The position numbers and the translations under genes were made by a program. Source: Mytilus californianus (Eukaryota). Taken from it: a DNA stretch of 64,000 nucleotides. The notes under the pieces were generated by a model, which made no database searches, was not told the DNA's origin, and saw nothing but the letters and a program-made list of their open reading frames with translations. Shown here piece by piece: positions 52,601-64,000 of the stretch; position 1 is the stretch's first letter, and every line of letters begins with the position of its first letter. Where the stretch lies: NCBI RefSeq assembly GCF_021869535.1, contig NW_026262667.1:10602001-10666000 (forward strand), written 5' to 3'.

Positions 52601-55600
52601 GTGTAACTAAATGCAAGCAAAATATATATAGATAAAAAAAAAAAATAATTACCTCCCCTTTGTTAATTTGAAAAAAATATTGGGATGGTTTGATTAAAGC
52701 AATAAATGAAGTAGAAGAAACATTTTTAGTATAAATGAGAAGATGTGGTATGAGTGCCAATGAGAAAACAAGTCTTTGTTTTCAATTTTACAATGTCTAC
52801 TGAAACAATTAAATTTCTGAAGCAAGGAAAGAAAACTAGGAAACTGGAACATTATGCCTTTTGCATATATGATGAACAAGACATCCATTTAACGCGATGG
52901 TCAGTGTTCCTCACTTGCTCATCAACTCTGAATCATAGTTCTGATAGATAAAGGAAATTATTTATTTGTCACTGAGTGTCATCCCAAAGGGTGACTGTGG
53001 AATAGAAAAATGTTCAATACAGGTCTTCTTCCAATAGGCAGTAAAACCCTTGTCAAAGTAGGGTGTCCGTTTGGCTGTGCTGGATGTACAAGTATGCAGC
53101 CACGTCCGGTCAGAATGGGGACGTTAAATTAGTAAGAGTGTCATTTATTGTTTATTTGTTCTCGTCCTGAACATGCATGAAATATTTGCCACTGGATGTT
53201 AAGCAACCAATAATCAATCAATCATATCATTGTGTGCCTAGTTGTTCATATGATTATTATACATTTTATGAAGTAAATATTATTACTGAAAACAGACACA
53301 AATTACAGAAATTTTAATACCTTTTTACTGATTGCACCACAACAGGGTTGACATCTATGCAACATAAAAAGACACACTATAAAATATCAATTGAAATGGC
53401 TTAACTCAATCACAAAGACATTTAAACAAAAACAAGTAAACATACACTGAACGAATAAGTTTGATCTATGACACAATATAAATACAACATTAAAACGTAG
53501 GTGCCTATATAACATAGAAGTTACAGGTAGTAACAAAAAAGATGTAGGAAGAGTGTCAATAAGACAACTCTTACCTGGGATAAAACAACGTACGCAGGAA
53601 AATTTAAAATGATAATTTTGTTGTTAGGAGTACGGAAGTAAATATTTTTTACAAAATTAATAAATTTGTTGTTCAGAGTACAAGTACAGAAGTGAAAATT
53701 TATCGTTATACTGAATACTTATCAAAGGTGGTACATATTAAAAATAGTGAGATGGGATATAACACAAAATAAGTAAACATTGAATTACAGAAATGCATTA
53801 CAAATTGTGTCAACAGGTCAAATTAACACGAAAGTACGATTTGAGGGTACTCACAGTTACTGAAAGCTAGTTAAAAGCCAAAAATAATTAACAATAAAAA
53901 ATCATGCATCAGAGACTAAATCTGTTTTCAATTTTGTCACCATTTTTCTATTTCATTATTTGATTTAATTTTTGAGCTGACTTTACTTAATTGACCCAAT
54001 GTTAGCACTATACCACCACACTGATTCCACCGTACTTTCACTTTATACATTATCTTCTACTCTTGAACAATTTTTAAAGATTTTTTTTATCCTGATTGGC
54101 TTGTATTTATCGATGCAAAAATTGCCAAATACAGGCCACATAGGATTTTACATTTCCATCTTCTTCCAAATTTAACATTACCAGTGTGCCTTAAACAAGA
54201 AATTATTTATTGAAAGACTAGTTTAATAATTCTTTATTTCATGCCCCATTTTACTGTTGGCAGAAGTTTTATACTAGGTAGGGTTATGCTTCCTCTTTAA
54301 TTACATAGTACCATTACATCATACCAATCTTCTTATAATTTGAATTGCCCAAATATTTATTTTCAAGTGTTAAATGTTGGTATTGATCTTTTATGAGTGT
54401 TTGTACATCTATCTGCTTTGGTAATTCTTTGGGTTCACTGCTAGTTGATCAATGTCTAACTGTTGAATAACTCCAACCTATTAACACCAAAGGAGTTTGG
54501 GAGGGACTTCAGCCTATAAAAAACACTGAAAGAGTTTGTGAGGGATTTCAGCCTATTAAAAACACTTAAGGGACTCCAGCCTATTAAAAACACTTAAGGG
54601 ACTTAAGCCTATCAAAACAATGATAATAGTTTGAGAATGACTTCAGCCCATGAAACAATAATAGGTTTTAGAGATAGTTTTGAGCCAATTAAGGGCATAC
54701 GATATTAAGGCATAAAAATTGAATGCTTTGTTTTCGCAAACTACATAAAAAAACACATATGTCATAAAATCGGTTACCTGTATTTGATAGTATTTGCAAA
54801 AGAAAACACACATGTTGTATATTTAAGCACTTGCAATCTACTGCAGGGGCATAAAATTCCAGGCAAATGAAGACTGATTAATATTTGATCATCAATAAAT
54901 TTGTATATGGCAGTAAATTGTATAGGGTTTAATGTAAGGAGATAATAGCTGTGTGACAAATATACTGCCATTTAATTTAGCGAAATCAAAAGGAAATGGG
55001 ATATTCAATTCAACATGCTTCAATTATAAACAAAATTTTGGAAAAAATCACACACAAATTGAGTTGGGGTTGATTGATGGTTTTGAAGGGGGGTTAGCAC
55101 ATCTATATCATTATAAACAAGGTAACTGCTAATACTAAATAGAAAAAAAACATTTCATGACTTCAATTTGCTTCTGGTAAGTTGATTGGTTGATTGATTG
55201 TTGGTTGCTTAAAGTCCAGTTGCAAGTATTTCATTCATGTTCAGGACGATATAAGTTGGATTGGAGCAGCAATATAAGGTATGTATGCCAAATTTATCTA
55301 ATTATTTACTTTGTTTCTTCACAGAGTCTTAGAAAGACCTAATGCCAAAGCTGTTACATTTTGTGGAAGTCCTTATTATATGTCACCAGAAATATTTGCT
55401 TGTAAACCTTACGATACAAAGGTAAGGTTTTGTGTTTTAGAATGACATTAAAATCTATTTAATAAGATGCCGTATTTGTGATAAGTCTTTGAAAACAAGT
55501 ACTGTAGATTCATTTATTTTCGTGGGTACCAATTTTCGTGGATTGAAGAAAACTTGCATTTTCGTGGATATTTAATTTCGTGGTTTCGGCAAAGTCTGCA

Positions 55601-58600
55601 TATTTCCTTTAGGAAATTTGTAATTCGTTGAACATTTAAATTCGTGGTTCCCCTGTACCCACGAAATCCACGAAAATTGGTATCCAACGAATATTAATGA
55701 ATCCACAGTACATGAAAATTATTCCACTTAAACAAAATAGTATTTTTCTTCTTCCTTTTAGTAATCTATGTTTTAACTTAAAATCACTTTAGCTACTTAA
55801 GACTATTTTTTTCAGAGTGACATTTGGGCAATGGGTGTAGTTATATATGAAATGTCAACATTAGAAAGACCATTTGATGCTATGTTGATGCAACAGCTTG
55901 TGTTTAAAATTGTACATGGAGAGGTAATTATATTATTAATAGTGTAAAAAATGCTATGTGGGGTATACATCAATGAAACAGAAACCCATCAACACAAATA
56001 TTGATATCCAAACTAAGACATACAGAGGTCAACATACAGTCCAACAAAACAAAGACTTAAATTTTTGATTAAAGTTTTTTTGATACTTAGATACACTTAT
56101 ATTCTCCAAGTATCATGACTCTGTCATTGAATCATTACAAATGCATCTGTTTCAATGTTATATCCAATTTTGCTACCAGCCTCCAGACTCTATGTCCAGA
56201 GAACATAGGCTTACATTACTGGAACTTAGATTGATTTAGTGTTTTACATCGATGTCAGGTGAGGAATTCATGTTCCCATCATCACCAGGTGAGCTGTTCA
56301 TACTTCTGCAAAACCTATAGTTCACCAAGTTAAGCATTCATTGTTTAAATATGAAGTTTAAATACAGAAAAACAGTCCAAAATGTATAAATACGAGTCAA
56401 ATAATTATTGGTAACAGTTATTCTTTATAATACATGTTTATAAACTTCAACTGTTCTAATAATATTCATTTACAACTGGGAAGATCATTGAATTTTGTTC
56501 AAAGGGGATTTAATAGTAAAAAATATGTTTGTTTTTCATATTAAATGAAGTTCACTCTTACATTTTTTATAAATCTGTAGTTTTAAGTACAGATGTTTAT
56601 ATATATATATATATAATAATTGGTTATTGAAAGAGGATGCATCTATTGTAATTATATCGCACTTTTGAATTTCAGCTACCTCCAATGCCAAAAGATAAAT
56701 ACAGTGCCCAGTTTTGTAGTCTGTTAGAGAAAATGATGTGTAAAGATTCCAAAACCAGACCCTCTGCTGATGATGTTTTATCTGATTCCCTGTTTACAAC
56801 ATTTAAGAAACCAAAGGTAAGATAAACATAAACACAAGATAAACATACCAGACACAAGATAAACATACCAGAGGCACAAGACAAACATACCAGACACAAG
56901 ATAAACATACCAGACACAAGATAAACATACCAGACACAAGATAAACATACCAAAGACACAAGATAAACATACCAGAGACAAGATATACATACCAAAGGCA
57001 CAAGATAAACATACCAAAGGCGCAAGATAAACATACCAGAGGCACAAGATAAACATACCCGAGGCACAAGATAAACATACCAGACACAAGATAAACATAC
57101 CAGAGGCACAAGATAAACATACCAGAGGCACAAGATAAACATACCAAAGGCACAAGATAAACATACCAAAGGCACAAGACAAACATACCAGACAAACATA
57201 CCAGACACAAGATAAACATACCAGACACAAGATAAACATACCATACCAAAGGCACAAGATAAACATACCAGACACAAGATAAACATACCAGAGGCACAAG
57301 ATAAACATACCAGACACAAGATAAACATACCAGACAAACATACCAGACACAAGATAAACATACCAGACACAAGATAAACATACCAGACACAAGATAAACA
57401 TACCATACCAAAGGCACAAGATAAACATACCAAAGGCACAAGATAAACATACCAGACACAAGATAAACATACCAGACACAAGATAAACATACCAGAGGCA
57501 CAAGATAAACATACCAGACACATGATAAACATACCAGACACAAGATAAACATACCAGACACATGATGAACATACCAGGCACAAGATAAACATACCAGACA
57601 CAAGATAAACATACCAAAGGCACAAGATAAACATACCAAAGGCACAAGATAAACATGCCAGACACAAGATAAACATACCCGACACAAGATAAACATACAA
57701 GAGGCACAAGATAAACATACCAGACACAAGATAAACATACCAGAGGCACAAGATAAACATACCAGACACAAGATAAACATACAAGAGGCAAGATAAACAT
57801 ACAAGAGGCACAACATAAACATACCAGACACAAGATAAACATACCAGGCACAAGATAAACATACCAGAGGCACAAGATAAACATACCAAAGGCACAAGAT
57901 AAACATACCAGAGACACAAGATAAACATACCAGAGGCACAAGATAAACATACCAGTGGCACAAGATAAACATACCAAAGGCACAAGATAAACATACCAGA
58001 CACAAGATAAACATACCAAAGACACAAGATAAACATACCAGACACAAGATAAACATACCAGACACAAGATAAACATACCAGAGGCACAAGATAAACATAC
58101 CAGACACAAGATAAACATATCAAAGACACAAGATAAACATACCAAAGACACAAGATAAACATACCAAAGACACAAGATAAACATACCAGATTCACAAGAT
58201 AAACATGCCAGGCACAAGATAAACATACCAAAGGCACAAGATAAACATACCATAGGCAGAAGATAAACATACCATAGGCAGAAGATAAACATACCAGAGG
58301 CACAAGATAAACATACCAGGCACAAGATAAACATAACAAGATAAACATACCAGAGGCACAAGATAAACATACCAGACACAAGATAATCATACCAGACACA
58401 AGATAAACATACCAAAGGCACAAGATAAACATACCAGACAGAAGATAAACATACCAAAGGCACAAGATAAACATACCAAAGGCACAAGATAAACATACCA
58501 GGCACAAGATAAACATACCAGACACAAGATAAACATACCAGAGACACAAGATAAACATACCAGACACAAGATAAACATACCAGAGGCACAAGATAAACAT

Positions 58601-61059
58601 ACCAGAGGCACAATATAAACATACCAGACACAAGATAAACATACCAGACACAAGATAAACATACCAGAGGCACAAGATAAACATACCAGACACAAGATAA
58701 ACATACCAAAGACACAAGACCATGAATAAAGGTAGATGTGGGAATTACGCATCTACCCAACAAAAAAAAACATAACTAGAGGGAAGCATTTTAGTTTAAG
58801 CAATATTTATTCTCAGATAAATCATCACATGACGATATAATACAATTGCAATAAGTATTTAGGATTCAGAAACAAGCATTTTTGCTTTTACAAATCTGTC
58901 TCCTTTTTAATGATATGAATTTATGTTTAAGTTTTTGAATAATAGAGAAAATGATGTGTGCAGTCTTAATGAAAAAATAGTTTGATGATAATAATTGCAG
59001 ATACAGCATTTGTTTTGTTTCTACTATGCTAAAGGAAATAAACCAAAAAGTGGAATCATGATTTTTGTTCACATGATGATGATGTTAAAGTTTTGTCTGG
59101 TTGCTGTCTAATATATTTCCTTAGTAAATACATATTTATATGTTATTCTTAGAATTTTTAAATGTGTCCAACATATCATTCTTTCACACTACGATATACA
59201 GTTCTAAAATTTTAAAGTTTAATTTGTTAATTTTTGAATGTATATATTATATTTTTTCTGTTTTGCAGACCCCTCCCGCAGTGCTCCCACAGAAAAGCCA
59301 GTTTGCCTCAACCATGTCCAAAGCAGGATTTGAAAGCATCATAATGCAAGGAACAGCAAAGAAAAAAGATGCTTTTGATATGAAAGAATTAGTAGGAACA
59401 TTGAATGACAAACAACAAAAATATGCCCGCAGTGTATGGGCAGCTTCTACTAAAGGGGTAGAGAATATCATGGAGGAGACAATTACTGAGAATAAGAAAA
59501 ATTATGATAAAGATAAAACATTAAAAAGTTTGAGTTTTATGCAGAAAAAGAAACCAGCAAACACAGATGATATAGGTGTAGATTTTGAGGATACACTAAA
59601 ACAGGATGAAGCACTGAGACCTATAGATCCAAGACATATGGTGAATTTAGTCGTACACACCTTGACACAGATATTTCCAAAGGTAAGTATTTGGTGCATT
59701 AAGTCGTACACACCTTGACACAGATATTTCCAAAGGTAAGTATTTGGGGAATTTAGTTGTACACACCTTGACTCAGATATTTCCAAAGGTAAGTATGTGG
59801 TGAATTTAGTGGTACACACCTTGAAACAGATATTTCCAAAGGTAAGTATTTGGTGAATTTAGTTGTACACACCTTGACACAGATATTTCCAAAGGTAAGT
59901 ATTTGGGGAATTTAGTGGTACACACCTTGACACAGATATTTCCAAAGGTAAGTATTTGGGGAATTTAGTTGTACACACCTTGACACAGATATTTCCAAAG
60001 GTAAGTATTTGGGGAATTTAGTGGTACACACCTTGAAACAGATATTTCCAAAGGTAAGTATTTGGTGAATTTAGTTGTACACACCTTGACACAGATATTT
60101 CCAAAGGTAAGTATTTGGGGAATTTAGTGGTACACACCTTGACACAGATATTTCCAAAGGTAAGACACATGATGAATTTAGTCTAACACATCTTGACACA
60201 GATATTTTCAAAGGTAAATATTTGGGGAATTTAGTGGTACACACCTTGACACAGATATTTCCAAAGGTAAGACACATGATGAATTTAGTCTAACACATCT
60301 TGACAAAGATATTTCGAAAGGTAAGTATTTGGGGAATTTAGTCGTACACACCTTGACACAGTTATTTCCAAAGGTAAGTATTTGGTGAAATTTGTCGCAC
60401 ACACCTTGACACAGATATTTCCAAAGGTAAGTATTTGGGGAATTTAGTGGTACACACCTTGACACAGATATTTCCAAAGGTAAGACACATGATGAATTTA
60501 GTCTAACACATCTTGACACAGATATTTTCAAAGGTAAATATTTGGGGAATTTAGTGGTACACACCTTGACACAGATATTTCCAAAGGTAAGACACATGAT
60601 GAATTTAGTCTAACACATCTTGACAAAGATATTTCGAAAGGTAAGTATTTGGGGAATTTAGTCGTACACACCTTGACACAGTTATTTCCAAAGGTAAGTA
60701 TTTGGTGAAATTTGTCGCACACACCTTGACACAGATATTTCCAAAGGTAAGTATTTGGTGAATTTAGTCGTACACACCTTTACACAGATATTTCCATAAG
60801 TAAGACATATGGTGAATTTAGTGGTACACACCTTGACACAGATATTTTCAAAGGTATTACACATGGTGAATTCAGTCGTACACACCTTGACACAGATATT
60901 TCCATAGGTAAGACACAAGGTGAATTTAGTTGTACACACCTTGACACAGATATTTCTAAAGGTAAGTATTAAACAATAACATGTTATTTTATTGTCGAGC
61001 CTTCGACTTTTGTCGAAAAAGCGAGACATAGCGATCCTACATTCCGTCGGCGTCGTCGT

Positions 61060-61094
<35 letters not shown>

Positions 61095-63207
61095 ACAAAT
61101 ATTCACTCTGTGGTTAAAGTTTTTGAAATTTTAATAACTTTCTTAAACTATCCTGGATTTCTACCAAACTTTGACAGAAGCTTGTTTATGATCATAAGAT
61201 AATATTCAAAAGTAAATTTTGTAAAAAAAAAATTCCATTTTTTTCCGTATTTTACTTATAAATGGACTTAGTTTTTTCTGCCAAGAAACATTACATTCAC
61301 TCTGTGGTTAAAGTTTTTGAAATTTTAATAACTTTCTTAAACTATCCTGGATTTCTACCAAACTTGGACAGAAGCTTGTTTATGATCATAAGATAGTATC
61401 CAGAAGTAAATTGTGTAAAAAAAAAATCCATTTTTTCCTTATTTTACTTATAATTGGACTTAGTTTTTCTGCCAAGAAACATTACATTCACTCTGTGGTT
61501 GAAGTTTTTGAAATTTTAATAACTTTCTTAAACTATCCTGGATTTCTACCAAACATGGAAAGAAGCTTGTTTATGATCATAAGATAGTATCCAGAAGTAA
61601 ATTTTGTAAAAAAAAAAATCCATTTTTTCCGTATTTTACTTATAAATGGACTTAGTTTTTCTGCCAGTTAACATTACATTCACTCAGTGGTTAAAGTTTT
61701 AAAATTTTAACAACTTTCTTAAACTATCCTGGATTTGTACCAAACTTGGACAGAAGCTTGTTTATGATTAAAAGCTAGTATCTAGAAGGAAATTTTGTTA
61801 AAATTTTGTTTGATTTTTTCCGTATTTTACTTATAAATAGACTTTGTTTTTCTTCCAGTTAACATTACATACAGTCTGCAGTTTAAGTTTTTAAACATTT
61901 ATTAGATTCATAAACTATCCTGGATTTTTACCAAACTTGGACAGAAGCTACTAACAATCAAAAGATAGTATAGAGAGGAATATTTTTATTTATTTTTTTC
62001 CTCATTTTTGTTGAGCCTGCGATTAACAGCAAAAGTAGGCGAGACACTGGGTTCCGCGGAACCCTTACGAATTTTTTTATTAAATGTGCACATGTTTTTG
62101 CAAGTTTGATTCCTATTCAACCCAATTTATATATGACATTTTTTTCTTTAATGTTTGCTTGCTTTATATAAGTGCACATTATTGTACTAAAACTAGAAGA
62201 CACCCTCGACATCGCGGGTCCATGACTGAATTAAAGTACAATGTACCCTATGCCTTATTTTTAGCTTGGATTTTTAGTATTTGTATTGTCATCTGATAAA
62301 GTCATGCTGTTTGTAAGGTGCACAGTTTTCTCTGCTTTCAAAATCTTTCCGTTTGAACCTGTCCTGGTTTTCTTGCTACAATAAACTTTATACTATAAAC
62401 TAAATTTGATATTTTAACTAATTAACCAAAATTAATAGTGGTATTTAGGTGTAAGAAAACAGAATTTTTATTAAAATAGTTCTATAGTGTAACATAGATA
62501 TATTATAATAACCACTGGAAGAATTCCAGGTTCTCCTGATAGAGGAGGGATTTACAAAAGGTAACAGGTAACTATAACAGAAAACTACATTTGACATATA
62601 CTATTGGTATCAGTATCAGATTCGACACAGAACTTGTTAATTATTGGTAATATTAATTATGTGGAAAACAAAAGGGCCTGAAATGGTGTCATTTTTAAAC
62701 AACACCATTGTCCTGTATTAGTAATATATAAAGTTGAATTCTTTGATTCATCATTTTTACATCATGCCGGCTAACAACTTGCACCTCGTTATTTTAGTAG
62801 TATAGATGGAAATATCTATTAATTCAAAAAAATAATGTCTTCTTTTCTGAACTTGTTTATAAATTGGAAATTGTGTAGATTTAAATGATACTTATCAGTG
62901 AAAGTCTATCCTCATGGTTGAAGGAACAACAGTGAATAAGTATAAATCATTTATTATTTTCTCACTCTATCAAATCAAAATACAGTAAAACCTGTAAAAT
63001 CAGTACCTTATTAAACTGTTTTTCTTTTCCCAAATTTAAAAAAAATATTCTTAGTAAAACTCTCTCCTATAAACTACGTAGACCTTGTCTAATCAGAATT
63101 CCAGTCCAAAGATTTCTAATTTATTTGTGATAATTATGTAAAAATACTTCCTTTTTAGGGAGAAGATGGTGAAGTAGACACTAATCCTATAGCATTGAAT
63201 GCTGCAG
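43508..63207 (+). CDS. NEK4-like Ser/Thr kinase (kinase B), 3'-incomplete, 8 exons in window
   Basis: Exons 43508-43615, 51306-51569, 52435-52538, 55325-55421, 55816-55923, 56676-56816, 59269-59682, 63159-63207; in frame. Motifs [21 protein letters not shown], DLG (as in NEK4/6/7), GSPYYMSPE, KPYDTKSDIWAMG, LPPMP. The last exon ends in phase 1, so the gene continues past the window. Confidence 0.9.
43790..43940. mobile_element. Long hairpin MITE in kinase B intron 1; related fragment near 44400-44560
   Basis: gtgttattaactggctgtttctgtattggccctgttatagattc ... gaatctataacagggccaatacagaaacagtcagttcataacac. Confidence 0.7.
46336..46934. mobile_element. Kolobok-like non-autonomous element with TTAA TSD
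   Basis: TTAA|GGTAG ... CTACC|TTAA. Confidence 0.55.
47530..47880 (+). mobile_element. Helentron-type non-autonomous element, partial
   Basis: ttttatacgcc start, (GTCC/GTCT)n, two copies of a core repeat. Confidence 0.6.
48151..48404 (+). mobile_element. tRNA-derived SINE, same family as 41881-42144
   Basis: TGACTGAGTGG...GTTCAAATCC...ggcttcctccaccaataaaaactggcc...(caat)n tail. Confidence 0.8.
49853..50177. repeat. 28-bp minisatellite, about 11 copies
   Basis: atgaaacgtgtgtctgacattcatgtag. Confidence 0.95.
50537..50910. repeat. Minisatellite of alternating 28/26-bp units (54-bp dimer)
   Basis: cacttattgttgacacacatgtac(t/a)tga alternating with cacttattgttgacatatgtaactga. Confidence 0.9.
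51306..51569 (+). CDS. kinase B exon 2
   Basis: YAMKVIDLSK...HENIIAYIDSF...IVTEFCDGGDL...SGLQ; gtaagc donor. Confidence 0.94.
51532..51928 (+). repeat. 56-bp tandem array (7 copies) of the kinase B exon 2 end and donor
   Basis: CAG|gtaagc donors at 51570, 51626, 51682, 51738, 51794, 51855, 51911. Confidence 0.97.
52435..52538 (+). CDS. kinase B exon 3
   Basis: [34 protein letters not shown]; gtatgt donor. Confidence 0.95.
52975..53225 (+). mobile_element. SINE-like remnant; 3' tail fragments also at about 8690, 13415, 20170, 23870 (-), 55190 (-)
   Basis: Shared tail atttgccactggacgttaagcaaccaa(caat)n. Confidence 0.6.
55325..55421 (+). CDS. kinase B exon 4
   Basis: VLERPNAKAVTFCGSPYYMSPEIFACKPYDTK; gtaagg donor. 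Confidence 0.95.
55500..55710. mobile_element. MITE with TA-flanked TIRs (Tc1/mariner-like)
   Basis: tactgtagattcatttattttcgtggg ... ccaacgaatattaatgaatccacagta. Confidence 0.75.
55816..55923 (+). CDS. kinase B exon 5
   Basis: SDIWAMGVVIYEMSTLERPFDAMLMQQLVFKIVHGE; gtaatt donor. Confidence 0.95.
56676..56816 (+). CDS. kinase B exon 6
   Basis: LPPMPKDKYSAQFCSLLEKMMCKDSKTRPSADDVL...KPK; gtaaga donor. Confidence 0.93.
56817..58720 (+). repeat. 21-24-bp satellite (~1.9 kb) starting at the kinase B exon 6 donor
   Basis: cacaagataaacatacca(ga/aagg/gagg). Confidence 0.97.
59269..59682 (+). CDS. kinase B exon 7
   Basis: ttttgcag acceptor; TPPAVLPQKSQF...HTLTQIFPK; gtaagt donor; 414 nt, phase 0. 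Confidence 0.85.
59640..60970 (+). repeat. 53/54-bp tandem array (about 25 copies) of the kinase B exon 7 end and donor
   Basis: gtgaatttagtcgtacacaccttgacacagatatttccaaag|gtaagtatttg; donors from 59683 to 60962. Confidence 0.97.
60986..62075 (+). mobile_element. Helentron-type non-autonomous element with ~192-bp core repeats
   Basis: (GTC)n(GGC)n microsatellite, cores at about 61101, 61295, 61486, 61678, 61868, 3' palindrome gggttccgcggaaccc. Confidence 0.75.
63159..63207 (+). CDS. kinase B exon 8
   Basis: cctttttag acceptor; GEDGEVDTNPIALNAA; gtaatt donor. Confidence 0.65.
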
Positions 63208-63489
63208 GTAATTTTCTTTGTTCAGATTATAAGGACTGGTTTGTTGTCTATACACTAACTATTATCACTGGAAATGCATAGTATATGGGACATGCTGGTT
63301 ATTTTTCTAATTTGTCAAGTACACAAGTAACATTTTTAAATTGAACATTGATATTTCATTAATAATTCATAACATATATTTCCAAGATATCTGCTTGAGA
63401 TGATAATTAAAAGTCAAGATATAGGTAGAAATAGGAAAACAAGTTATGTTTCTGTTTGCCTAATATTTGTATGGAGTTACAGCAGTTAA

Positions 63490-63900
63490 TTTTTATGCCC
63501 CCTCCATAGCGGTGGGGGCATTAAGTTTTACCCTTGTCCGTACGTAGGTACGTACGTCCGTACGTCCCAAAATTGGTTTCCATTCTCTAACTTAAGTTTG
63601 CCTCAACCAAATGTTATGAAACTTATACACAATGCTTATTACAACAAAACACAGATCAAGTGTGAATTTTGGTGGCGTCACTTTAACCGTTCTAGAGTAA
63701 TGCCCTTTATAAATGGAAAAATTGCAAAATTTTTAGTTTCCGTTCTCTAACTTAAGTTTGCCTAAACCAAATGTTATGAAACTTATACACAATGCTTATT
63801 ACCACAAAACACAGATCAAGTTTTAATTTTGGTGGCGTCACTTTAACTGTTCTAGAGTTATGGCCCTTTATAAATGGAAAAATTGCAAAATTTTTATTTT
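63490..63900 (+). mobile_element. Helentron-type non-autonomous element, partial
   Basis: ttttatgccccc...gggggcat hairpin, (GTAC/GTCC)n, tandem core repeats. Confidence 0.65.
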
Positions 63901-64000
63901 CTTCTAATTTTAAAATTGGAGTTATCTTCCTTTGTCCATGATTATAGTTGAATCAACTACAATAAATGCTTTATACAATGCAATATTTAATTTTGACTTC

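Noticed and set aside
56672-58763. Long minus-strand ORFs of 683, 661 and 434 aa rich in C/L/V/Y
   Set aside because: All three frames are open because the satellite monomer has no stop triplet on that strand; they are antisense to kinase B intron 6.
51532-60970. CRISPR-like look of the regularly spaced repeats
   Set aside because: No unique spacers, no cas genes, and a eukaryotic intron context; these are tandem repeats.
59502-61098. Minus-strand ORFs with CTTKF and LPLEIS repeats
   Set aside because: Antisense translation of the 53-bp donor array and a microsatellite.

Overview
AT-rich, intron-rich eukaryotic genomic DNA, most likely a bivalve of the genus Mytilus (inferred from the repeat families, not from a database search). 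Four spliced genes could be rebuilt by hand, all with GT-AG junctions and consistent exon phases. (1) A complete 10-exon NEK-family Ser/Thr kinase on the minus strand (5063-14888, 431 aa). (2) A two-exon FADD-like DED + death domain adaptor on the plus strand (18324-19617, about 263 aa). (3) A complete 10-exon mitochondrial Glu-tRNA(Gln) amidotransferase subunit A, QRSL1/gatA, on the minus strand (22776-43267, 522 aa). (4) A second, NEK4-like kinase on the plus strand from 43508 that runs off the window; its ATG is only 240 bp from the QRSL1 ATG. Introns and spacers hold MITEs, Helentron-type non-autonomous elements, tRNA-derived SINEs, a Penelope-like RT remnant, a LINE RT remnant and many minisatellites. 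The most unusual signals are six tandem arrays that start at splice junctions, five of them copying the exon end plus 5' splice site (up to about 25 times), and a complete minimal type I hammerhead ribozyme in the sense orientation of a kinase intron. The long ORFs in the track at 11 kb, 50.7 kb and 56.7-61 kb are repeat artefacts.
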